Assembly: GCA_965208105.1 (NCBI GenBank)
Contig: OZ242318.1
Span: 2,432,001-2,496,000 of the forward strand
Length of the DNA stretch: 64,000 bases
From: Candidatus Latescibacterota bacterium
GTDB taxonomy: Bacteria; Latescibacterota; UBA2968; UBA8231
Reading direction: 5' to 3'
A program made the translations under genes and the position numbers. The notes beneath the pieces are model-generated. The model did no database searches and was not told the DNA's origin. It saw only the letters and a program-made list of their open reading frames with translations. Below are positions 36,793 through 44,801 of this stretch, piece by piece (the first letter of the stretch is position 1; every line of letters begins with the position of its first letter).

Positions 36793-39708
36793 TTAAAAGT
36801 TGACCACCCAGCTGAACCGCGAGTCCCCCTCGTCAAAGCGATAGGCGTAGCCCAGGCCCATATCCAGGGGGACCGGCACCGAAAAGAGATGGAAGTCCGC
36901 CGTCAACTCGGCGCCGGCGGACTGGTAGGTTCTCGGAGGCCGGGAACCGCCCTCGCCGCGGCCGTGGTCGTAGAAGAAATCGACCTTGACGCGCTTGAAG
37001 TAGGCCAGCGCCCCCAGGTTCCAGTCCGGATAGATCAGCGGCAGGGCATAGCTGGCCGTCCCCTGGAGAAAGCGGCGGTGGAAGCGGTAGCCGTAGCCGC
37101 GGACGAAGGGCTGTTCGCTCGCAAAGCGGTAGGCAAGGGCATCTGCCGCCCCCGGGTCCTGCCATTCGTAACCACCCGCCAACCTCAGGCTGTGATGGGC
37201 GGCCAGACCGGGAAAGAGCAGCCCCAGCTGCCCAGACAGCAAGGTGCCGACGTAGTCTCCGGCAAAGGGCGTGTGGCGGCAGGCCAGCTGCAGGCTCTGA
37301 GCCCAGGCCGGGGCCAGGTCGCGCCGGGCCGAGTCGCGCTCCCGCTCGAAGACCAGCCGGTAGGTCAGCGGCGCAAAGCGCCCGTTGTGGTTTTCCGCGG
37401 ACAGTTCCTTTGCTTCTTGAGCCACACTTGTCGAGTCGGGCCAGAAGAGGTCGCCACCCGGCCGGTTCAGGTCGTCCCTGCCGGCGATGTCGGTCCATTC
37501 CGCACTTGCGCTCAAGTGGATTGCGGACAGCCAGGGTCCGCGGGAAAGATTCAGGGGCAGCCCGACGCCGGCGCTCAGGCTCTTCTCACTCCACCTGTCC
37601 GTCTCTTCTTCCTCCCTGACCTCTAGGCCGCCGCCTTCCATTACCCGCCGCCGAATCACGTACTCTCCCGCCCGCTCGCCCCAGCGCCCGCCGAGGCTGA
37701 GAACGGGGTACCACGCCGCCAGGCTGAAATCCCCCAGGACGCTGAAGGCGCTCTCGTTGCTGTTGTATTCGACTCCTGCGCTCGTGCTGCTGAGACCGAG
37801 CAGGTCGCTGGAGCTGAGATTGAGGGCATAGTTGGGCGGCAGGGGGCTGAAGGACCAGCTATGGATCTTGAGGAGATGGCCCAGCGGCCGATAGGCGCTC
37901 ACCGGATAGACCCGCCGTGGGATGTCCGCCATCACCGGACCGCCCTGCTCCTGGTCTATCAGCGGCTCGTAGTAGCGCACCTGGCGGTCTGCCACCTGCT
38001 CGACCGGCGTCCAGGCCGCCGGGTCCAGGGGCATGGCGGCGATGCGGTAGCCGTCAAGGGTGTACTCCTGGAAGAGGAGCGAATCGCCGGCCACCGCCGC
38101 GCGGGTGGCCGCAAGCGGGCGCGAGGTCACCTGGTAGCGGGCCCCGCTCGGAAGGTGGACGGCGTGGATGTTGTCGATGCCCGAATAGGGAGCGTCGAAG
38201 AGCAGGTAGGAACCCCAGAAGACCGGCCAGCCGATATTGGCGTGGGTATGCGGCAAAACGATCTCTCCCCGGCCATCGCCAGGATCGATGCGCTCGAGTG
38301 TGTTGCCGCGTTCGTCCTGCCTCACCACGGCGATATGGCGCCCGTCCTCCGACCATGCCGGGGTGCGCCAGAAGACCCCTGCGGGGGCTGAGAAGCGGGC
38401 CTGCTCGGCGCCACTGGCGGTCTCCAGCAGCACGAGGTGGCAGCGCAGATCCGGTCCGAATTCAATGGCGGCAAGGCGCCCGCCATCGGGAGAAGGGGCC
38501 GGGGCGAACAACTTGGCCTCGTGGGTGAGCTGGCGCATCCGACCGCTGTCGGTGTCCAGCACCACCACGTCGGAGTAGCTGCGATAGCCCCAGCGCCGGT
38601 CCGGGGTGGAGCGGTTCCAGGCCGCCTTGCCGCCGGATGCGCGGATTCCGCCCAGCGATTGATAGAAGCGCAGGCGCTCCTCGCGGCCGTCGGGGTGCAG
38701 CCGCACCAGGGCCGGCGGGTCGGCCAGGCCGCTCTTGCTCGCCAGCACGCTGCCGTCGGCCAGTAGATGCGGATATGAGTAGTTGGTCCAGACCCCCTGG
38801 CGGCTCTGCCCGGCGAGCACCCGCAGGGGCGTCGTGGACAGGTCTTCTTGCTGGGTCTGCCAAAGCTCGGTCAACTCGTCCATCGTCCGCTCGTAGGTGC
38901 GGGCGGCGCTGGCCCCGGTGTGCTGCCTGAGGGCAAAGCTGAAGGAAAAGGGGAAGGTGGGGACGAGGAACGCCCACCTGGTGGTGCTGCCCAGGACCTT
39001 GTCCCATTTCTCCGGACCGTAGCGGCGCTTGACGTAGGTGGTCATGAAGTACCCCAGCGGATAGTGGCTGGGGTACCAGTCGCGGTACGAACCGTGGTGT
39101 GCCTTGTAGTAGGAATAGCGCCGCCCCGCCAGAAGCAGGGAGCGGATGTGCAGATCGAACCGGGGCATGCGGCCGCGACCGGCCTCGCCCAGTGCGGTCT
39201 CGACTCCCACCGCATCTCCCTCCCAGAACCACGGCGGCACCAGCAACCACGCCATGGCATAGCCCTGTTCGCCGAAAAACAGCGATGCCAAGCGGACGAA
39301 GCCCCGGCGCATGCGGTCGAACTGCACCACGTGGCGCATTTCGTGGACCGCCAGCAACTGGTACCAATCGCCGCTGAGCAGCCTCGCGTTCTGGGGCGGC
39401 GTGCTGAACCACACGCTGCGGCGCGGTGCCAGGGAGACGAAACCGTTGGCCTGAGTCGACTGGTTGACCAGCACCACGTCCATGGGCTTCTGCGGCCCCC
39501 GCAGCGTTTTGGAGACCGGGCCGTAGATGTGCTCGAGCGTATTGGCCGCGCGCTGGGCCTCGCCAGTGATCGCCGCGGGAAAAATGACCTTGAACCGCTC
39601 GGTCCGGATCTGCCGCCAGTCCAATCCTGGCGGGCTTTGTTGGGCGAACGACGGTCCGGCGATCAGGGCCGCCAGCGCAACGGCTGTCAGCACCTTCCTC
39701 GTCAACAT
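36793..39708 (-). CDS. Outer-membrane protein: HExxH zincin-like domain, TolB-like propeller and Omp85-like barrel
   Basis: Signal peptide, AVHEMRH, WFWEGDAV, PAWS.DG / PAPSPDGG repeats, terminal Phe. Confidence 0.7.
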   Translation of the reverse strand: MLTRKVLTAVALAALIAGPSFAQQSPPGLDWRQIRTERFKVIFPAAITGEAQRAANTLEHIYGPVSKTLRGPQKPMDVVLVNQSTQANGFVSLAPRRSVWFSTPPQNARLLSGDWYQLLAVHEMRHVVQFDRMRRGFVRLASLFFGEQGYAMAWLLVPPWFWEGDAVGVETALGEAGRGRMPRFDLHIRSLLLAGRRYSYYKAHHGSYRDWYPSHYPLGYFMTTYVKRRYGPEKWDKVLGSTTRWAFLVPTFPFSFSFALRQHTGASAARTYERTMDELTELWQTQQEDLSTTPLRVLAGQSRQGVWTNYSYPHLLADGSVLASKSGLADPPALVRLHPDGREERLRFYQSLGGIRASGGKAAWNRSTPDRRWGYRSYSDVVVLDTDSGRMRQLTHEAKLFAPAPSPDGGRLAAIEFGPDLRCHLVLLETASGAEQARFSAPAGVFWRTPAWSEDGRHIAVVRQDERGNTLERIDPGDGRGEIVLPHTHANIGWPVFWGSYLLFDAPYSGIDNIHAVHLPSGARYQVTSRPLAATRAAVAGDSLLFQEYTLDGYRIAAMPLDPAAWTPVEQVADRQVRYYEPLIDQEQGGPVMADIPRRVYPVSAYRPLGHLLKIHSWSFSPLPPNYALNLSSSDLLGLSSTSAGVEYNSNESAFSVLGDFSLAAWYPVLSLGGRWGERAGEYVIRRRVMEGGGLEVREEEETDRWSEKSLSAGVGLPLNLSRGPWLSAIHLSASAEWTDIAGRDDLNRPGGDLFWPDSTSVAQEAKELSAENHNGRFAPLTYRLVFERERDSARRDLAPAWAQSLQLACRHTPFAGDYVGTLLSGQLGLLFPGLAAHHSLRLAGGYEWQDPGAADALAYRFASEQPFVRGYGYRFHRRFLQGTASYALPLIYPDWNLGALAYFKRVKVDFFYDHGRGEGGSRPPRTYQSAGAELTADFHLFSVPVPLDMGLGYAYRFDEGDSRFSWVVNF

Positions 39709-39756
39709 GACTCCTCCGTGGTGATGGCCTGCAAAGTTCCTGCCTGCTTCTCTGGA

Positions 39757-39830
39757 ATGGCCCGGCCTTCTACCACGCGTCGACCCCGAGCAGCTTGCGC
39801 CCCAGCGGGGTCAGCTCGGCTGTCATCCCT
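39757..39830 (-). repeat. Duplicated 3' end of the PhyH gene (copy of 40491-40564)
   Basis: Encodes GMTAELTPLGRKLLGVDAW* versus GTTAKLTPLGRKLLGVDAW*, plus 13 nt of shared downstream sequence. Confidence 0.8.
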
Positions 39831-39988
39831 TTGCTATAGTCAGCGGGGAACTGTCGTCTTTTAGGAAGTGCAGGCGGCTTGAAGACGATTCGTAGAGGTT
39901 GGGACGAAGTGGCGAACCGATAGATCTGCTCCACTCCAACCGGATGGGGCAAAAAGAGCGAACCGTCATGGTCTGTCAGAGGCTCGGC

Positions 39989-40273
39989 TCAGAGCTTGAT
40001 CACAGCGATGAGGATGCCGGTCAGCGCCACCATGGTGGTAATGAGCCAAGTAAAACGGGATTCAATGCGCTTGTTCGTCTCGGCTATCTGTTGGCTGAGC
40101 AACCGGTGAACTTCGTCAATGCGCTTGTTCGTCTCGGCTATCTGCTGACGCAGATCCTTGATGTCATCCCGCACCTGCTGGCGCAGGTCCTGGAGGTCTT
40201 CCCGCAGATAGGCGACGCCCCAGTGGGTATTGTCGGGGGACGGGTTGGCTTGAGACTCGGGCGTTTCTGACAC
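39989..40273 (-). CDS. Small coiled-coil protein with a C-terminal TM anchor (DUF1640/CCDC90-like)
   Basis: AGGAG RBS with GTG; heptad repeats with QQIAETNKRI twice; C-terminal WLITTMVALTGILIAVIKL. Confidence 0.65.
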   Translation of the reverse strand: MSETPESQANPSPDNTHWGVAYLREDLQDLRQQVRDDIKDLRQQIAETNKRIDEVHRLLSQQIAETNKRIESRFTWLITTMVALTGILIAVIKL

Positions 40274-40503
40274 AAGGAACTCCTGCGTAGAAGGCGAGGG
40301 TTGCGAGAATATAGTCCCCGACCATGGGACGGGCAAGCCCACCGTCCGGCATGTGAGTGCCGCGACCCGCCGACCGCATATACCCGCTGTTCCCTGAGCG
40401 TACTCAATCCTTTGGCGCAAAGGCGAAACTGCATGGTGTATCTCCCCAATAGCATGGGAATCATTGCAGAATCCCTACCTTCCACCGGCCATGGTCCGGC
40501 CTT

Positions 40504-41337
40504 CTACCACGCATCGACCCCGAGCAGCTTGCGGCCCAGCGGGGTCAGCTTCGCCGTGGTCCCTTCGAAATGCTCTCCGGCCTTCTCGTTCCTCCCCAGG
40601 CCGGTCAGGCGCTGGCGCCACCAGCGCTCGCTCTCGGCCCGCGACTCGGGGCTGAGCTCGTCCGGAGCGGGGGTCATGGTGACGTACTGGGAGATTCGGG
40701 GGACCGCGGCGCGGTTCGGACTGCTGCCGTGGGGCAGGGCGCTGTGCCAGATCACCAGGTCGCCGGCGCCACCTCCGACCGCCACCGCCTGCTCGCCGAA
40801 TTGCTCGCGGACAAGCTCGCGAGGCTCGGCGCCCGCGGGCAGTGACTGCAGCCACTGGCGCAGCTTCAGGTGAAACCCGGGCACGCAGGAGAAGGCCCCC
40901 TGGTCGGCAGCGGTATCGGTGAGGTAGAGGATCCCCTGAACGCCGATCCGCTCCGGGAGATCCTCGATCCCGATGTCCCAGTGGAGCCAGGGCCCCTGGA
41001 ACTCCTGCCCGGGCCGCTCCGGGGGATTGATGCTGGCGCGGTCGCGGCTGACGAGCAGCTCGTGGGTGCCCCAGATCTGCGAAAACACCTGGTGTACGCG
41101 GGGATACTGGCGGTTGTCCCACAGCGCCTGGTGCTGGTAGATCTCCTTCATGATTCCGCGCGGGGGATCGAAGTACCAGGTCTCCGGGTCGCAGGGGTCC
41201 ATCCCGGCAAACTCCCACACCGCCTTCTCGGCGGCGCGGCAGTTCTCCGGAGGCACGACGCGGCGCGCGACAACGTAGCCGTTCTCCTCCCAGAACTGGA
41301 GGTCGGCGGGACTCAGGGGTGGTTCATGTGCGGTCAT
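40504..41337 (-). CDS. PhyH-family Fe(II)/2OG dioxygenase
   Basis: FWEENGYVV, LHWD, VQGILYLTD, CVPGFH, AGDLVIWHSALPHG..N...PR. Confidence 0.88.
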   Translation of the reverse strand: MTAHEPPLSPADLQFWEENGYVVARRVVPPENCRAAEKAVWEFAGMDPCDPETWYFDPPRGIMKEIYQHQALWDNRQYPRVHQVFSQIWGTHELLVSRDRASINPPERPGQEFQGPWLHWDIGIEDLPERIGVQGILYLTDTAADQGAFSCVPGFHLKLRQWLQSLPAGAEPRELVREQFGEQAVAVGGGAGDLVIWHSALPHGSSPNRAAVPRISQYVTMTPAPDELSPESRAESERWWRQRLTGLGRNEKAGEHFEGTTAKLTPLGRKLLGVDAW

Positions 41338-41417
41338 AGCTCATCTCCCGGCGCAGAAAGATCCGCCGGAATCAGCCCTTCTCCCCAGCCTCGTCAACCA
41401 AGCGAGTGGCGGGCGAG

Positions 41418-42017
41418 TCATGCGCTGGGCTCCTTTTCGGCAATGAAGCGGATTACGGCTTCTTCCCCGGAGGATGCGCCGCCATCCGGCCCCAGGATTC
41501 TGTCCTCGTAAAAGAGCAGGCGCAGGCTGCGGATGCGCGGCAGGATGTCCTCGGGCTTTGCCAGGTGGCCGGGGTTGCGCGGTCCCCGGGGAAACGCAAG
41601 CTGGCCCTGGGAGAAGGTCTGGAACATGAACCGTCCGCCGGGGCGCAGCGCCGAGCCGATGCGCTCGAAAAGCTGCGGCTGGTAGTAGTAGAATTTCGTG
41701 ATCAGGTCGTACCTGTGCTCGCCCATGGGCCAATCCCCCAGGTCGGCCAGGATCGGCCTTAGGGTTACCCCTCGGGCCTCGGCCAGGAGCCGGCAAAGTC
41801 GGAGCCCCGCGGCGGAAATATCGACCGCATCCACCTGGAATCCCCGTTCGGCAAGATAAACCGCGTTGCGTCCATTGCCCGCCGCCAGGCACAGGGCGCG
41901 TCCCTCTGTCGAGAGGTCCAGATGATCTCTGAGGAACGGAATGGGCTCGAGGTGGGGATCGAAGGCCTGGGCGCCGTAGCGCCGGTCCCATTTTTCACGG
42001 GCTGCCTCGTCGGTCAT
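41418..42017 (-). CDS. Class I SAM-dependent methyltransferase (TehB-like)
   Basis: KWDRRY, ALCLAAGNGRNAVYLAERGF.V.AVDIS, LRPGG. Confidence 0.85.
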   Translation of the reverse strand: MTDEAAREKWDRRYGAQAFDPHLEPIPFLRDHLDLSTEGRALCLAAGNGRNAVYLAERGFQVDAVDISAAGLRLCRLLAEARGVTLRPILADLGDWPMGEHRYDLITKFYYYQPQLFERIGSALRPGGRFMFQTFSQGQLAFPRGPRNPGHLAKPEDILPRIRSLRLLFYEDRILGPDGGASSGEEAVIRFIAEKEPSA

Positions 42018-42184
42018 GCCGCTGCCCTCCAGTTCGGGCATGATAGCACATGGACAGTCGGGATGCAAGGGTGAATGGCGGGCGGGCGCTGCACTCTTGC
42101 TCGCTCCGGATCCATGGCGTACCATGTGAGACGCAAATCGAATCGGGCCCTGCCATTCTCTTCGACCGCTTTGAAGACTGACTC

Positions 42185-43036
42185 GTGAGCCAGCCATCCC
42201 CCCTCATCTCCGCCCCGGACCTGTCCGCCCACCTGAACGAACCCGACTGGTGCATCCTCGACTGCCGCTTCGCCCTCGATGACCCCGGACAGGGCCGCCG
42301 CGACTACGCCGACGCCCACATCCCCAATGCCCTCTACGCCCACCTCGACGACGATCTCTCCGGACCGGTGGCCGCCGGCAGGACCGGGCGCCATCCGCTG
42401 CCCGCCCCTGCCAGCTTCGGCGCAACCCTTTCGCAATGGGGGATCGATTCGAAGGTGAATGTGGTGGCCTACGACTACGGAGATGCGACCATCGCGGCCC
42501 GGCTGTGGTGGATGCTGCGCTGGATGGGGCACGAGAAAGCCCTGGTGCTGGACGGCGGCTGGTCCGCCTGGCTGGCGATGGGCGGCGCCGTGACCGGCGA
42601 ACCGGGACGCCGCCGGGCGCGGTCCTGCCAGGTGCTTCCCAATCGCGCCATGGTGGCGACGAGCGCCGAGGTGGATGAAATCCGCGGACGCAGCGACTGG
42701 CTGCTGATCGACTCCCGCACCGAGGAGCGCTTCCGCGGCGAATCAGAGCCCATCGACCCCGTCGCCGGCCACATACCCGGCGCCGTCAACGCCCCGTTCA
42801 CGGCCAACCTCGGCAGCGACGGCCGCCTGCTGCCCGCTGCAGGGCTCAGGTCCCGTTTCTCCGGAATTCTCGGAGAGACCGCGCCCGACAGGGCCGTGTT
42901 CTATTGTGGATCCGGAGTGACGGCCGCCCACCAGCTTCTGGCCCTGGCGGTTGCCGGCGTGGAGGGGGCGCGTCTGTACGCGGGGTCCTGGAGCGAGTGG
43001 ATCGCCGATCCCCGGCGGCCCGTTGCCGGTCCGTAG
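42185..43036 (+). CDS. Two-domain sulfurtransferase (rhodanese, SseA-like)
   Basis: HIPNA, ARLWWMLR, LDGG, IDSR...RFRGE.EPID..AGHIPGA, YCGSGVTA, LYAGSWSEW. Confidence 0.9.
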   Translation: MSQPSPLISAPDLSAHLNEPDWCILDCRFALDDPGQGRRDYADAHIPNALYAHLDDDLSGPVAAGRTGRHPLPAPASFGATLSQWGIDSKVNVVAYDYGDATIAARLWWMLRWMGHEKALVLDGGWSAWLAMGGAVTGEPGRRRARSCQVLPNRAMVATSAEVDEIRGRSDWLLIDSRTEERFRGESEPIDPVAGHIPGAVNAPFTANLGSDGRLLPAAGLRSRFSGILGETAPDRAVFYCGSGVTAAHQLLALAVAGVEGARLYAGSWSEWIADPRRPVAGP

Positions 43037-43357
43037 CGATGATGCTGTGGCTGGAAGGACCAAGGTGCCTGGTCTTTGGATACTTTCAATGGCGCAAACT
43101 CCAGGCCGCGGATATCAAGTCAAGCCCAACTACAAATCTTCCCTGGAGTTTCCCCGGTTCGGGGGATAAATCTGGACTTGAAACTTCAAGAAGTACGTAG
43201 CCATTCCATACGTCTTCGATATACAATACACTCTCGAAGTGATTTCAAGATGAGGATCTCTCCATTTTTGGTGAAATTTTGGTGGAATCTATTCCTTCCT
43301 TTGAATTTCGCAAAAAAAGAACTTGACCATTCCATTTTAGTAATCTAACTTCGGTAC

Positions 43358-43435
43358 AAATAAAGGGCGGGGCGCCTTCCACGCGCCACCGCCCCAATAC
43401 TTAACCCTTTCGCAGGAGGGTTAAGTATGTATTCT
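43358..43435 (-). ncRNA. Putative cis-antisense small RNA
   Basis: Minus-strand TTGACT-17-TAACTT promoter (43440-43468), two hairpins, ends in a GC stem followed by TTTATTT. Confidence 0.35.
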
Positions 43436-43534
43436 TTTCAAGTTACAACATCCTCGGGCAGAAGTCAAGCCCAAATTCCTTCCTCCTTCTTTTTATCTCA
43501 AACCACCTTCAGGGTACTTAGCGAGTTGGAATGA
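43427..43534 (+). CDS. Putative 35-aa small ORF (MYSFQVTTSSGRSQAQ...)
   Basis: AGGAGG RBS sequestered in the hairpin ATACTTAACCCT/AGGGTTAAGTAT; upstream TTGACC-17-TAACTT promoter. Confidence 0.3.
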   Translation: MYSFQVTTSSGRSQAQIPSSFFLSQTTFRVLSELE

Positions 43535-44258
43535 CATGGCCAGGCGGGAGACCCACCCCGTCGCGGTCGTGAGGAATCCCGCCCGGCTTCTGTAGGGTTG
43601 AAGGATAAAGGGGAAACCTGTCATTTCATTTCAAAAAGAAGGGACCTATCGTGAAAAGCATAAAGAACCACCTGCCCAGAGAATGGGTAGGAATCAGCGT
43701 AATCCTGTGCTTTCTCGCCATTCTGTGTATGACTCTAAGCGTTCTCAATATCTGGGGATGAAGCGAAGACTATCCGTCCAGGGAACGCTGCTGGGATCCA
43801 GAATCTTCAAGGAAAAGCCCGTGGCCAAATCCATAGCCGGTCGTCCAATCTTCTCAATGGAATGGACGAGCAGGGACTTATGGCCGCCATTGGCAGCGCC
43901 GGGAACATGAAAAAGTACCCACAAGTGGCTGCTTTGGTGAGCAACGGCTACATCCGCTTGAAACTATTTTGATGAGGTGGCGCAGTTATGCAGTTAGAAC
44001 AACAAGACGGCGGAGTTGGGGAGATTCTTATCAGGCTCTCAGGAGTTGCCAACAAGCTGACCCTCCATTCAAGCACAGGATTGAAGCTATCGACATTGGA
44101 GGGCTGCTTCCTGAGAAATTCAAGGGGGACACTTTCCACATGGAAGCCCTCCTGCAAGTATCTGGGTCTTTCTACAGTCTCCAGAAATCGCAGGGCAAAT
44201 GGATGCAACGCCTAACAGAGAGATCACAAATTTTATCAACAAAAGTAAAAATTTTAAG

Positions 44259-44801
44259 ATGTTGTATTTTATGAAGTTTATCAAGAAAATTTGTATTCAC
44301 TGCCTGGGTTGCCTGGTCATTGGTTTGATAGTGATCCTTAACCTCTCCTGTTCGCCTCCCAGTACCAGGCAATCGGCGCCGGAGTTCGTCTTTAAGAATC
44401 TGAATGGCGAGCCAATTTCGCTGAATTCGCAACGCGGAAGGATTGTGCTGCTCAATTTTTGGGCTACCTGGTGTTCTCCATGCAGACAGGAACTGCCAAT
44501 ACTTATTGACATTTTTAACAAATTCTCCGGAAAAAACTTCAACGTGTTGGGGGTGACGCTAAACTCCGGTGAACTTGCGATAGACCTTTGGATTGAAAAC
44601 TTCAAGGTCCCCTATCCCATTCTGGTGGCCAATGACACTGATAAAGAAATCCTGGACCAGTATGGTGTGGATAAGGGGATCCCAAGATCCGTTCTCATCG
44701 ATCGCGAGGGGTATATACACAAAACATACCGAGGGCTCATCGAGCTCGATGAATTTGAGAAGGACATCGACAACCTCCTGACCATGGAAAAGAAAATTTG
44801 A
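44259..44801 (+). CDS. TlpA-family thiol-disulfide oxidoreductase (lipoprotein)
   Basis: APEF.FKNLNGE.ISL..RGRIVLLNFWATWCSPCRQELP, GIPRSVLIDREG; lipobox-like LNLSC; start uncertain (44199/44259/44271). Confidence 0.88.
   Translation: MLYFMKFIKKICIHCLGCLVIGLIVILNLSCSPPSTRQSAPEFVFKNLNGEPISLNSQRGRIVLLNFWATWCSPCRQELPILIDIFNKFSGKNFNVLGVTLNSGELAIDLWIENFKVPYPILVANDTDKEILDQYGVDKGIPRSVLIDREGYIHKTYRGLIELDEFEKDIDNLLTMEKKI

Noticed and set aside
43540-44200. Short ORFs in the AT-rich region before tlpA
   Set aside because: No motifs or convincing RBS; possibly decayed sequence, not callable.
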